Assembly (NCBI GenBank): GCA_964016885.1
Contig: OZ024740.1
Location: 299,274,001 to 299,338,000, forward strand
Reading direction: 5' to 3'
Length of the DNA stretch: 64,000 bases
Origin: Eledone cirrhosa
Lineage: Eukaryota
In this document: positions 1-13,461 of the stretch, one piece after another
Position numbering within the stretch: the stretch's first letter is position 1
How the letters are laid out: every line of letters begins with the position of its first letter
The notes under the pieces: model-generated
Told to the model about the DNA's origin: nothing
What the model saw: only the letters and a program-made list of their open reading frames with translations
Database searches by the model: none
Program-made: the position numbers and the translations under genes

Positions 1-10
1 TATTTATATA

Positions 11-86
11 TATAGTGAATAATGGAACGGGAACAAAACAGGGAGGCAGTACGAACAAAGGTTTATTAGTTTCACGCTCTTGAGAG

Positions 87-88
<2 letters not shown>
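11..88 (-). mobile_element. Short PLE-like 3' terminal fragment between (TA)n tracts
   Basis: Similar to 21836-21906 (GAGGCAGTAC...GTTTATTA...TTCACGCTC), the end of an HHR-bearing element; flanked by (TA)n. Confidence 0.5.
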
Positions 89-149
<61 letters not shown>

Positions 150-340
150 CAATTTATATGGACCCTTATATGGACAACGCGTGTGCATGGGCGACTGCTG
201 GTCTTCCACAAACAACCTTATATATATATATATATATAGTATAGAATTAGGAACTAGCTTCATGCATAGCTGTATACAGATACGTATTGAAATTTCGTAT
301 TTCTAAAGAAACACGGTAAGTTGATGGATATATATATATA

Positions 341-452
<112 letters not shown>

Positions 453-792
453 TTACTACTTTCCTCCCCAGTATGATTGCATTGCACTCATTCCTAAATC
501 CCAGGTCAACCTAGTAAATCATATTGGATCTACATACCTACGACATCCCATCTACTGGAAGCATTGTACACTTCCTTTCTTGTGCTCTATACAATTCCCC
601 ATTGACTTTATATTAGAAGCCCTTCCATTCATATATCTACTCCACATTGCTTATGCAAGGATCAATCAGTTAAAAAATTAGGAATTTCTTTTGTAAAAAC
701 AAGCGATAACATAAGGCCAGGGTGTTGGTTCCCGAGCGCATTTATCAAATCTACCTTCACGTTATTAACGCTCGGCAGATGCCGCATTCGCC

Positions 793-848
<56 letters not shown>

Positions 849-852
849 CCCC

Positions 853-904
<52 letters not shown>

Positions 905-3184
905 TTTTATATCTCCCTCTCTCTCTATCTGTATCTATCTCTCTTCATACCCACGTACACATTTATAATAACGTGTTTTAATATATTCAGTAAATGTATA
1001 CACATATGTACACACACACACACACACACACACATGCAAACACACTTGCAAACATACATGCACACGCAAGCACACATACATGCACACGCATAACTACATA
1101 TCATTTGTGACATGATTTGGTTAACCTTTACGTGTAAATAGGCAAACAGATAATGTATAGTTTTAAGTAAACGCATGATATAAACAAAACACCAACCATG
1201 TAACAAAATGCAGTTTTGTCATGTTGTTCATTTTGTACATTTTGTTCATTTTGTTCATTTTGCGAAGGACAAGGCACACACGTAGCTGCTTAATTGCACT
1301 GACATACGGGCATACGCATGCGCATACACACAAGTGCATTTTTGTATTTTGTTTAAAGTAACTGAATTTATACGCATTTATTTCATGAAAGTATTTATAT
1401 ATGATGATCAAGTATGTTTAGTGACACCTATATTAAAACAACTTTGGGAAATACATGAAAAAGCATTGAAAAACATCTGACTGTAAATGATTCAAAGCAT
1501 TTTGGAAAACCTGTGTCTAAATAAGAAAAAAACGGCATATGTGAATATGAAATGTTTACTAGAAGTTGTTCATGGCTGATTGGCACCTATTAGAATGAGA
1601 GTGCGGAAACTTTAAACCACTCCCTGTCTATAGCAGGTAACGTGCATATCCACTGCTTTTTATTCATTATTTTTGGTTTGAATATATTTGAAATTTGTTT
1701 TGTAACAGCCCCAAACTATAATTAATATATAACATAGTTGGGTTGGTGCCTATCTAAGTCGATAGGTCCCAGGTTAGTTTCTTACCGGTATTATACATAT
1801 TCAACTGTGGTCTACTTAAATATTTGTAGGTATTGCAAGGTAATACAATCGGCTACTGCTGATCTATTAGCACGCAATGTGCAGTTGAATTATTCGAGAA
1901 TGGAAAGCTACTTACAATAAATTAGGTTTTCATCTAGAATGGAAATTTGGATTTCCTGCGCCTCGCATTGCGAAAACGGATGGCAATCCATGGATCCATG
2001 GATCATTGATACTTCGCAATAATGTCGTGATCTCACTTAATATTTCTTTTACTTTTATTCTTAATTTTATATATTTTTTAAGGAACCAAGAGGATAGAGC
2101 AGAGATTATGACTTTTGGTGGCGCACCAAGACTCAAGAAATTAAAAAAGAAAAGCAGATGTAAAGGAACCGGTGTCGTGATCTCCTATCGACATCTAACA
2201 TTAAGGTGGCGTTAGGAATGCTAATAAATAAATTGTGAGGTAGGGCTGGCTTCAGAAGTTTGCTAACAACAAAAGGTAAGCAGCCAGTAACATTTCATAC
2301 AGACATACGACTGACTCTTCAGTTTTTCTATTTTAATAAAACCAATCTCACCTATTGCGCTTCAAACCATCTGAGAAATCAAAAGTAACGTATTAGCTAT
2401 GAATAATGTTCTCTATTCCGAGACATCCTGTTAGAAAAAAAAAAAAGAAAATGAACAGAACATAAACTAAAATTTGCTCGGTCACTGCGACACCTAATTC
2501 TTATCTCTGACATTCATACCTGCACTAATTCAATTTTAAAACTTCGCTAGCTTTGTTTTAGTATTGGTGATGGCAGTAGAAGAGCTGTTAAAAGGGGGAG
2601 CCTCAATTTGCTTTTGAATTTGCTTCGGTAATATCGACCGACGTCTCAGCTATTGTATTAACTCTATAGTATATTTCCGTTCAAACAATAAACCATTGCA
2701 AACGTGACCAATTACTAAAGAAACTCTGTTGATAACAATAATAAATATTGCAGCCGATCGCATAAACATTTCTAAACCACTTATAAAATGGTACGTCTTT
2801 TTCTTTCTGCATCACCATTTTAGATTTTCTATTTTGTAATGCACTCTCTTTCACCCTATCTCTCTCTTCTTTTATCTAGCTTCATATTTTTAGTTCTCCA
2901 TTTCTATATATTCCACCCGACATTTGAGTGAATCTCCACCAATCACGTTGTATCTATTTTTGAAGCTCTTGGTTACATTACGTTCTTCTCTAATTCATTA
3001 CCATTCTCTCTCACACCTCACAACTTCTCACTAAAACACTCATCAACTCTTTTCGTGTCATCATCCCTTTTTGTTTTTATAAAATGAATATTTATCTTTT
3101 ATAGTTTCCCTTTGCTGCAATTGTACTCTCTTCCACTTTCAGTCTTTCCATTTATCTCACAATTTATTTACTTCCATTCACTCC

Positions 3185-3238
3185 CACTTTCTTTCTTTCT
3201 TTCTTACTTTCTTTATTCTTTCTTTATTCTTTCTTTTT

Positions 3239-3270
<32 letters not shown>

Positions 3271-3570
3271 TTTCCTTCTTTCTTTCGTTCTTTCTTTCAT
3301 CTTTCTTTCGTTCCTTCTTTCTTCTTTCTTTCTTTTTTTCTTTCTTTCCTTTTTCTTTCATCTTTCATTCTTTCTTCTTCCTTTCTTTCTTTCCTTCTTT
3401 CTTTTTTCTTTCTTTCTTTCGTTGTTTCTTTCAGCTTTCTTTCTTTCTTTCTCTTTCTTTCTTTTTTCTTTCTTTGTTCTTTTTTATTTATTTATTTCTT
3501 TCTCTCCCATTCTCTCTCGCCCATTCTTTGTTTCTTTGTTTCTTTGTTTCTTTCTTTCTTTCTTTCTTCA
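3185..3570. repeat. Degenerate (CTTT)n polypyrimidine tract
   Basis: Direct reading; explains the Phe/Leu/Ser ORF 3112-3798. Confidence 0.95.
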
Positions 3571-4333
3571 TATCTCTTTGGCAAACTCATTTCCCCATCT
3601 AACATTATCTCATTAATTATCTCACTCCCTCTAACACATATTTCATATTTTACTCTCTCTCTTTCTATCCCTTCCCATCCCCTTCTCTCTCTCTCTCTCT
3701 CTGTATATAACTCAGATTCTTTCTTTCTTACAATCATTTACTCCCGCCTTGTTCTTCAACCCTCAAAAAAACAACAACAAAATAACTGTCATTATTAATT
3801 TACAGTGAAAGTCTTTAGAATTTTTCTATAAAGACTATGTCTGCATTTTTGGTTTTGTTACATTTAATTACATTATTTTCTATATATATTTTACTTCATT
3901 TTTTTTCTATTTTGCATTTGTCTTCATAAATGTAGTTTGAATATGTTTTCACAGTGGTTGTATCGTAATTATATTTTTCTTCATCACATATTCTTCTCAT
4001 TATACTTTAATACTGTTCATCTATCTCTTTCAGTGTTGTTTCTAAACAATCATCACTACGAGTTTTAACTCATATCTTTCAACTATTTTCATCTCGGCAT
4101 TACTACTTACTTATTTCCGATTGTAAATAAATCAGGCATTTTCATTTTTTTACCACAACACATTTGAAGTTTCTGTAAGTAGCATTTTTTTGTGCGACTA
4201 TGTAGACATGTACGTACGTACGTATGTATGTATGTATGTATGTATGTATGTATGTATGTATGTATGTATGTATGTATGTATGTATGTATGTATGTATGTA
4301 TGTATGTATGTATGTATGTATGTATGTATGCAT

Positions 4334-4937
4334 GTCACCAGTTGGTGCTACTGGTAACATGTATCCCAGTACAACCTGTCTCATGGTCGGGTCGTTGGCG
4401 ACTAAACTGGCAACCCCACCAAGGTTTCTTGGTGAGGAGGGTGACTTTGGACATCCTGCAGGACTAAAAACAAAACCTGTCAAAGGGCAAGGGAGCTCTT
4501 AAGACTCAATAGCCATCCAAAATCACCGGGAGAGATGACCCCTTAGCCTTTGTCAAGGCAGAATTCTAGGAGAAGGAAAACTCTGATATAACACCTGCAA
4601 CCCTGATGGTATCCAATGATGTTGACTTGTTCTTCTTTTTGGTAAATATCATCTTGGTTAAGAGAGTGGGACTGGCTTTGTGCAGTGCCTTTGCTCACTA
4701 TAAAAGCTTCACAGCACAGGCATTGCTTTATATCTGGAGATCTCTCTGCACTTGTCATCACATGGTACCATGGGCCCTGCACTATGTGTCAATAATGGTC
4801 ACAAGTGTAGTCTTTGTACCAGAGTTTTCAAGTCGCTGGCTGGACTAAAAAGTCACATTCGTTCAGCGCATCGGTAGGGGTTCTCCTACATGGATATAAA
4901 GTAGTGGCCGTACTCGAAAACGAGTTGGCAGCCACCA
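4334..4937 (+). mobile_element. Non-autonomous bipartite RTE-LINE-derived element (copy 1), in (TATG)n
   Basis: Carries the RTE 5'-UTR-type motif CTAGGAGAAGGAAAACTCTGA. The 3' part encodes HKCSLCTRVFKSLAGLKSHIRSAHR* (4800-4877), an RTE C-terminal C2H2 finger. Near-identical copies at 17030 and 25741. Confidence 0.75.
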
Positions 4938-5160
4938 TGTATGCATGTATGTATGTATGTATGTATGTATGTATGTATGTATGTATGTATGTATGTATGC
5001 ATGCATGTATGTATGTATGTACGTATGTATGTATCTATGTATGTATGTACGTATGTATGTACGTATGCATGAATGTATGTATGCATGTATGTATGTATGA
5101 ATTTATATATGTATGTATGCATGTAGATATGTATGTATGTGTATATGTATGTTTGTATGT

Positions 5161-5740
5161 ATATAAATTAGACAATTATCAAAGTTATGTTCAAATCATT
5201 TAATTGCTAACTATCGTTTCTTCCAAACTTTCGTTTGGAATCATCGGAGCATTATCAATGTTTGTACATATGATTAACCTCCTAATCAACTGAACAATCA
5301 TATAGATACATATATATTTATGTTGTGAGCAACAGTTTCGTATTTACAGGGTGTAATGGACGCGACATATATTATACGAAAATTGTACAAAAATTAAAAT
5401 TAAAATTAAAAGCACATAGTGGAATACATGCGACAGATAATACAAGAGAATAGTTTAATAATTAAAGAGGCACTGAGAAAGAAGCATTGAGAAAGAATGA
5501 GTACATATGCAAACGTGTAGAAAGTGCACATGCGTTAGTCATATATATGAGAAGGAAATAAGCACAGGTATTAGGCATATATAGATAAATAAATAAATAC
5601 TGTATGGCAAGTAAATGTGTTAATGTATTAAACATTTATGGCGGATGTAATATGATGATAGTGTTCAAATTTGTGTGTTGAGAGAATCAAAGTTATTGTA
5701 GTCTATTTTGTATTGTAGTCTCTATTGTATGTATATATGC
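5161..5740 (-). mobile_element. PLE pLTR/3' UTR fragment (family B), tail-less end
   Basis: Inverted homologue of about 12750-13297; contains an HHR at 5205-5251. Confidence 0.7.
5205..5251 (-). ncRNA. Type I hammerhead ribozyme motif, CCGAUGA core
   Basis: TGCT-CCGATGA-TTCCAAAC(GAAA)GTTTGGAA-GAAA-CGATAG-TT-AGCA: stem I 4 bp, stem II 8 bp. Confidence 0.75.
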
Positions 5741-5764
5741 ATATATATATATATATATATATAT

Positions 5765-7177
5765 ATTGTTATACTTTGGGAGGGTCATGTTGCCAATAAG
5801 AAACACACGCACCAGTTGCGATCGCTCAAATTTATTATAAATTTAAGAATTTATAAATTTCCGGTTGGTTGGTTGGTTCCACAACCGGACGGTTGTTCAT
5901 ATATTCTCAAAGTTCTTTCGTCACACATTCTCTGACCTCTTCAGTGACTGGAGATTCTTCTCTTTGTTTTGTGCCTCTCCTTTGTCCTGTCCTACGCCAT
6001 TTTGTTTTTGTGTGTGTTGTGTGCTTAGTTTCCGCATGTGTTAATCCGGATGTCTGTGTGTGTTTTTATTTGTTTATTTATTTGTTTATTTACATGTTAC
6101 TGGTTGGTTGTTTGTTCTATATGTGTGTGTTTTCATTTTGTCCTTAATTGTAAGTTGTGATGTTGCTATTGCATTCATGTTTTCTATTTAATTTTGGTTG
6201 GAGTTCATTTATGTTTATTGCCTCTGTGATTTGTCTAAACATTGCGTCTTTTCTCTGTGTAGATTTTATTTTTATTTCTATGTTCTCTAATTTTCCCTTA
6301 TGTCCTATTTTAGCATGTTGGCGGAGTGCTGATGAATCTTTTCTATCTTGAAGCTCTCGCCAGTGTTCATTTAATCGTTCTCCTATACTACGAGCTGTCT
6401 CACCTATGTACACTATATTATTATCTTTACATTTTCCTTCAGTACATCTTATGCTATATACTATGTTTCTAGTTTTACAGTTAATATGGGGGCTTAGTTT
6501 ACAGATTATGCATTTCTTATTATACAGGGAGGTCTTTGAAAAGGGTATGTATTACTAATACATGTTTTTATGGAGGTACCTGGTCTTTCCACTATCTTAA
6601 TATTTAGTTTAAGTTTATCTAGGGCCCTTCTAAATTTGTAAGCTAATTGATGAACATTCCAGAGTGTAATGTTCATCAATACAACCCCTAGACGTGAATT
6701 AGTTACAAATTTAGAAGGGCCCTAGATAAACTTAAACTAAATATTAAGATAGTAGAAAGACCAAGTACCTCCATAAAAACACTTATTAGTAATACATACC
6801 CTTTTCAAAGACCTCCCTGTATAGATAAGAAATGCATAATCTGTAAACTAAGCCCCCATATTAACTGTAGAACTAGAAACATAGTATATAGCATAAGATG
6901 TACTGAAGGACAATGTAAAGATAAGAATATAGTGTACATAGGTGAGACAGCTCGTAATATAGGAGAACGGTTAAATGAACACTGGCGAGAACTTTAAGAT
7001 AGAAAAGATTCATCAGTACTCCACCAACATGCTAAAATAGAACATAAGGGAAAATTAGAGAACATAGAAATAAAAATAAAATCTACACAACTAGTGCGTG
7101 TATTTCTCCCAAAGTATAACAATATCGGTTTCAACACACGTTTTCAGATAAAGATTCTTGCTAAACAAATTCAGAAA

Positions 7178-7180
<3 letters not shown>
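5765..7180. mobile_element. PLE family A fold-back insertion (GIY-YIG endonuclease fragments on both arms)
   Basis: Minus arm 5765-6657 encodes ...NIVYIGETARSIGERLNEHWRELQ...RQITEAININELQPKLNRK. Plus arm 6658-7090 is an inverted copy with an in-frame stop, then a deletion and the full tail. (TA)n on both sides; homologous to 60407-61855. Confidence 0.9.
5906..5948 (-). ncRNA. Minimal hammerhead ribozyme motif (family A)
   Basis: GTCA-CTGAAGA-GGTCAGAGAATGTGTGAC-GAAA-GAAC-TT-TGAG; slightly decayed copy of 61659-61701. Confidence 0.7.
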
Positions 7181-7217
<37 letters not shown>

Positions 7218-7368
7218 AGTGGGTGTAACTAGGAGTTACTGCAGGTTCACCCGGGTGAGCACTCGATGTTTAGGTTCACTTGTGTGATGATGTGTAGAGC
7301 TATACAGAGTGTAAAATATAGAAAGGATAAAAAGGACGATTGATTATTCCTTCATTGCATTTATTGAT

Positions 7369-7455
7369 AGGTGACGCGCGTTTCGCCACTGATCAGCTCA
7401 AGGTTCGATCTATATCGATCCTACCCGACTCAATAATCGGCAGCTCGACGGACCC
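7369..7455 (-). ncRNA. Degenerate hammerhead with extended stem II
   Basis: GGGT-CCGTCGA-GCTGC...(about 50 nt)...GTGGC-GAAA-CGCGCG-TC-ACCT followed by AATAAA. Confidence 0.6.
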
Positions 7456-9599
7456 TCTTAAAAGGCTATAAGAAAGTGAAATACATGCTATGTGGTAAAG
7501 TCAGAGTTTCAAGAGTTTGACAAAATGAGTTGTTTTGATTGGTGGGAAGGATCAAGGCGATGTACTGGCCTGTAGTGTATTTGGGGGTGGGTATGGTGGT
7601 GAGATGTTGGTGACGGTCGGTGGATGAGGTGGGCTGTGGTGTGGTGGTGGTGGGTTGGCCTTGGCGTGTAGAGTATGTGGGGGTGGATGTGATGATATGG
7701 TGGTGGTTATGGTTATTTAGTGGGATGGGCTGTGGTATGAGGTTAGTTGATTGTCAGTAGACGGGTTGGCGAGTGGGTGGGTGTGTGGCAGTGGTGCCGT
7801 TGTCTATGGTAGCGGCGTTTGTGGTGGTGTGGTGGATGTATTGGTGGCGTCAAGGTCCTTACATAGATACATAGTTAGACGCTCTTCATCTGACAGATAC
7901 CTTGTATATACGTATACGCACACACATATATGTATATATGTGCACATATATTGTTGTATAAACACACACAACACAAAACACACACGCACATCCTTGCCCA
8001 CACATATCGACACACGCTCATACACAGCCATATGTATATGTACACACATGTATGTGCATGCGCGCATGCGGACACGAATATGGAGAGTGGGGGAGTATCG
8101 GTGGGGGTGGCGAACGACAGAGATGGGGGGGGGGAAGGTGAGAGGCAATGTAGAAGGTGTTTTACATATATACATACACATACATACATATGGGTATGGG
8201 CACATGGACTCACACTCATGTATGCAAAATATACACATACACACTCACACACACATATACTCACACATATATATATATATACACACACATGTACAGACAA
8301 CACACACACATACACGCACATATACACATACGTGCACATATATGAGCTCACCTACACATACAGTCAGATTCACCCATATACATATATGTAGACGTACACA
8401 TACACGCACGTACATACGCATACAAATATACACACACATACACATACGCATACACGTACATATATATATATATATACAGATATATATATACACACACATA
8501 GATATATGTATACACATGTGTTCACATACACACACACACACACATACATATAAGTATACGTACACGCACGCACACTTAAACGCCCGTATGTGTAAAAATA
8601 CTTACACACAGACACGCACACTATTGTTGGTTGGGGAGTGGAGGTATGTGTTGTCCGTGTTGATGAAGTATGGAGTTGTGTTTTGTGGTGGTGGTGGTGG
8701 AGTTGTGAGGGACAAAAATATATATACCGGATCGAATACCGGTTAAAAGGTGACATAGGGAACGCGGGGGAGAAGCGTTTATGGACGTACGGCGATGTGT
8801 ATTGTGGACATGGTGATGGTGGTGGTGCTGTGGTGATATGTTCGACAAGATGATTACATGATCAGAAGTTACGGTGTGTTATAGGGTAAGCAGACGGGGG
8901 GTGGGGGATATATAATACAGTCGATCAGGGAGTGAAGGATGATATGTGTTGATGATGTTAATGATAATGATTGTTGAAGTATGTGGATGTATCTAGTGGT
9001 GGCGGTGGTTGTCTGTGCGTGCGACAGTACAATTACAGGGTCGAATTTAGCGTGGGGTTGTAGGTTAGGGTAGTAAGAGGGAACATGGGGGGATGAGGTT
9101 GTAGGCGTGTATGGTAGGCATATGACGATGTGTGATGTGGTGGTGGTGGCGATGGTGTGATATGATCGACATTGTATTTACAAGATCCCTTGTCATTGCG
9201 GATTGCAAGGTAGAACGTATCATAGGATACCGATCTAATACGATGTTGCAACGATGAGATGTGTATGTTGATGTGAATTTTGGTGGTGGTGATGGTGATG
9301 TGTGCGGTATGATATAAAAATGCGGGCTTAGAAATGGTTACATGGAGTACAATACAATAAGTTCATTGAGGTGGGTGGTGTTGAGACGGGGTATAGGTGG
9401 TTATTAATATGGTGTCATGGTTAGTGTGATTTTTGGTGTGGGTTATGTATGCGGCATGATATACAAAATACGGGCTTGAAGTTAGATTATAATTAAAGTT
9501 CGTTGAGATGGGCGATGGTGATACGGGGCAGCTGTGGTTATTATTATGGTGGGTCATGGTTAGTGCGTGGTCCTCCCGCGAAAGTTTGTGCAGAAAAGG

Positions 9600-9980
9600 T
9601 GTGCATCCTAGTGTGTCTGCAATTGACAATTATGCCGACCTATAGTTTATGGCGGAATCAAGTTTAATTATTTCCGCCGCCTCAGCTACGCATAATCTGC
9701 AGTGGTTTCTGTCACTGGGGATATATGCCACGCGTCTTTTTACTGACCACGAAATCCGGGGTTCAATATTCCTCTCCTTGAGGTCCCAGATCAGATCGGC
9801 CAGTTTTGTTTGGGGTCGTTTCGATCTATGTTTGAAGGAGCTTCTGTGATTTTACCAGCGCTCCTTAAACGTAGTGGATGTCGCACTTATATATGAGTAC
9901 TCCTTATTGCCGGCTGTGACATCGCACCGGTAAACAATATTCTTAACGAGGCACTCCCCTTTTAGTGGGCATTCGTCTCG
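9600..9980 (-). pseudogene. GIY-YIG endonuclease relic of a PLE (not in the ORF track because of stops)
   Basis: Manual translation; CNC...CPL.G.CL...IVY motif followed by Y.S.T...FK.R..NH..SF; in-frame TAA. Confidence 0.85.
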
Positions 9981-10619
9981 TTTTTTGCAGTTGCATTTGG
10001 GTGTAACCGGTGCGGTGCAACGGTGGCGGTTTGTGTCGTGCGGTGTTGGTGTGTGTGTTGGTGTGTTGTGTTGTGTGTGTGGTTTCGTTCAGGGTTGTGG
10101 TGGTGGTTTGTTGAGGGGAAACCATGTGTTTTTGTATTTTTGCCCTATTATTGTGTGCTATTGTGTGGCCTAGGTTTGGTGCTGTGGAGAAAGAGAATTT
10201 TACGGTGTGTTTATTGAAGAGCGTGTGGTATTTGTGTGTGTGTGGAAAAGATTGTTCGAGAGCCCTGAAAAAGGTTCCCGGTATGTTAGTGGCGACGTGT
10301 ATAGAATGGGGGGGGGGGGGGGTTATACCACGTGACAGGTCTACTTCGGTTTATGCGTTGTTTAGTGAGTTTGTGTGTGTTTTGGTCAGGCGTATGTGTC
10401 AGATAGGTTCCAGGTGATCTATTGGCGTTATGTCCCTTGTCTCTATTGGTACGCAAACGTGTGCGATGGTCGGAGTTGTTATTAGGGCTGGAGAGTATGG
10501 CTTTATCTCCTAGACAGTTATGTGTGGTGCTGTCTGCGCTGCCGGCTAGGGGGCGTCTAAGGTTATTGTGTGTCCTATGTGTGGAGGTTTCTTCTAAGTC
10601 ATAGCAGGACCCTTAGAAA

Positions 10620-12170
10620 CGAACTTAGAAACCTCTACCAACTTTTTAAAATTTTTTATTTTTTAAATTTTTTAATATTTTGATATCTGTAGAATCCTTG
10701 TTTTTTAAGTTATATTGATATAATATTTTATTTTATTTTTTTATTTTTTTTATTAGATTAATTTTATTTTTTTATTAGATTCATTTTATTTTTTTATTAG
10801 ATACATTTTATTTTTTATTTTTTATTTTTTATTAGATTTGTTTTTATTCTGATAGCTTCTCATAATTTTTTTATTAGATTTATTTTTATTCTGATAGCTT
10901 CTCATAATTTTCAAAAGTTTGTCCTTTCAATATCTTGATTAAAATATACGTAAGATAAATTTCTATACTAAATATATTAAACATATTATTTTAACTTAAA
11001 ATATTCTATAATATTTTGGGATATTTTAGTATTTTGATATTTGTAGAATTCGTTTGCCTTTTAAGATATATTGATATAATTATATTTCCAAAATATAATC
11101 CTTTTGTATTTTATATACTCAATTGTACTATGTTGTATATTGATGTATACTTATGTCTATATGCGGCTTATGTATCTATATATGTGTATTGACATGCATA
11201 TACATGTGTTATATGCTTTTTTATGATTATAACAGCCATAAATGCATGAAAGTTAATCCTATATATTTATATATACTAACATTTTTTAATTAATAACACA
11301 AGGAATGTATAGCAATAAATAAAAAATCACTTATGCTTTGTATGTATATATTATATGCGGGAGTAGATATAATGTGTATTTTCTGAGTGAGTGTGTATAT
11401 ATATATATTTATGTACCTTTGCCTATGTGTATGTGATATACGATAGGTAATTTCTCTAGCAATATATATATTTTATAATGTTTAAATTCTAATTTTTAAT
11501 ATATTGATCTCAATTTTTAAACTAAATATCTAATCATAATTAAACAATGTGTAATTTCTCATATTATATATCTATATTCCATTCATGAATATTAATATTT
11601 CTAATTTTATTTATTCATTTCATCTCAATTGTTAACTCAACTTAATATGACATAACTTAGGGTTTTCGTTCTCTCCCCCCTCTCTCTATCTCTATATATC
11701 TCTCTCTTGAGTTTTTTTCTCTGTCTGATGGTTTGATATCTCCCCGTTATTTTCCTCTGTTCTCTTTTCTTTTTGCTTTCTTCTTTTTTCTTTATCTATC
11801 TCTCCCTTTCTTTTCTCCACGCTTCTCTCTCTCTCTCCATCTTTTTACTTACTCTTAACACTATGACTTACTAAAGTAAACAAACCACTATCCTGATGGC
11901 CTCCCAAAGCAACGGTCACTTTTTAAAAGGGTACGTCAATGTCTATTTATAAAACTGTTATATATTGTATTTTGTCTGATGAAGGCATACCATAATTTAA
12001 CTTGGTATCCTTGAAATATATATAATGAAATAAATATGGTTTTATAAATATAGTTTCCATTTATTAATATCGTATATCTACTCCAAATATTTGTCGAGTG
12101 CTTTATATCAGTTATAAAAATATTTGCTTGCTGTATCCCAACAATTTAAATAGAACTTTTGCTTGCTTAT
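10620..12170 (+). mobile_element. PLE 3' UTR/pLTR (family C) with HHR and full tail
   Basis: HHR at 11968-12032 and tail hairpin at 12079-12100, ending in (TA)n. The last ~250 nt are homologous to 20950, 41600, 45930 and 56600; the 5' boundary is uncertain. Confidence 0.6.
11968..12032 (+). ncRNA. Type I hammerhead ribozyme (family C)
   Basis: TATTTTGT-CTGATGA-AGGCATACCA...TGGTATCCTT-GAAA-TATATA-TA-ATGAAATA. Confidence 0.8.
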
Positions 12171-12189
12171 ATATATATATATATAGATA

Positions 12190-12321
12190 GATTTTGAGTT
12201 TATGCAGGCTGGAGCACTCGACGAAGTGCGCAGGTTGGTTTGGTTACTCCGGAGTAGTGTAAAATATAGTGTAAAGTAATAAACGAAGCTAAATTTTAAT
12301 CATTTGACTTTTATTTAACTT

Positions 12322-12330
<9 letters not shown>
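12190..12330. mobile_element. Minimal PLE family D remnant (inverted tail + short arm)
   Basis: Shares TATGCAGGCTGGAGCACTCGACGAAGTG and GTAATAAACGAAGCTAAATTTTAA with 42900-43195. Confidence 0.65.
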
Positions 12331-12395
<65 letters not shown>

Positions 12396-12399
12396 TAAT

Positions 12400-13352
12400 G
12401 AAACACTATAAGAGAGTAGACTGTATTTAAAATTAAATATAAATATATAACATTTTGTATAAGGAATTCAATTGTGGCACTATATAATGTCCATTAGAGC
12501 AAAGAATTTTAATATTATAATGAGCTAGTTACCTCCCCTTAGGCATTAGCTCCCCTTAATTCCATATCCACTTCCGGATATTAAACCGTGGTAAAACCTC
12601 GCTGTAGAACAACTCTAATCCATGAATATGAATACAATAAGACCAAGTTACAATCCATTACTATAACTAACTAAAAACATTCAATACAAACATTAACTAA
12701 AATATAACTAAAATATAACATATGTAATGGATGGGAATTCTGTAACATTCATATTCTACACACATACATATTTGAACTATACAGAAACTATCCTCGCATT
12801 ACATCCTCCATAATACACTTACAACATATTCGCTTAACGTGCTTGTATTTATGTAATACCTTGCCATACAGTACTCATATATGCCTAATACATTTGCCTG
12901 CTTCCTTCCCATATATATATGACTAACGCATGTACAATCTCTACATGCTTCCTCAATGCCTCTTTAATTATTAGACTATTCTCTTGTATTATCTGTCCAA
13001 TGTATTCCACTCTGTGCTTTTAATTTTAATTTTAATTTTAATTTTAATTTTATTTTAATTTTAATTATTGTACAATTCTCGTATAATATATGTCGCATCC
13101 ATTACACCCTGTATATACTAAACTATTGTTCACAACATCAATATTGATGTATCTATATGATTCTTCAGTTGAATAGGAGGTTAATTATATGTACAAACAT
13201 TGATAATGCTCCGATGATTCCAAACTAAAGTTTGGAAGAAACAATTGTCAGCGATTAAATGATTTGAACATAACTTTGATACTTGTGTATTTTATATTCC
13301 TGCTCTGTAAAACACCTGATGTTCTTACATTGAGCTATTTCTCTTATCCTAT
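12400..13352 (+). mobile_element. PLE family B 3' UTR with HHR and full tail
   Basis: Homologous to 5161-5740 (inverted); HHR at 13207-13253; tail hairpin at 13302-13335; (TA)n flanks. Confidence 0.7.
13207..13253 (+). ncRNA. Type I hammerhead ribozyme, CCGAUGA core, palindromic stem III
   Basis: TGCT-CCGATGA-TTCCAAAC(TAAA)GTTTGGAA-GAAA-CAATTG-TC-AGCG. Confidence 0.8.
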
Positions 13353-13357
13353 ATATA

Positions 13358-13461
13358 TACAGGGTGTGTCCCAACATGTATACACACTTTGATTACCTGT
13401 ACATGCAATATTCATTAGAATGTTGTTGAAGTGTGCATATATTTTAGGGGGACAACTTGTA
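13358..13461. mobile_element. Tc1/mariner-type MITE
   Basis: Imperfect TIRs TACAGGGTGTGTCCCAACATGTATACACACTT / AAGTGTGCATATATTTTAGGGGGACAACTTGTA with TA ends. Confidence 0.6.

Larger units (their letters stand above)
7215..10610 (-). mobile_element. 5'-truncated PLE, Nematis-like, with long low-complexity 3' UTR
   Basis: Minus-strand relic protein: WYNPP...VATNIPGTFF...LFNKHTVKFSFS (about 10150-10350) and CNCKKRDECPLKGECLVKNIVYRCDV...YSYISATSTTFKERW*NHRSSF...LADLIWDLK...CRLCVAE (about 9600-9980). HHR and AATAAA near 7360-7455. Confidence 0.85.
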
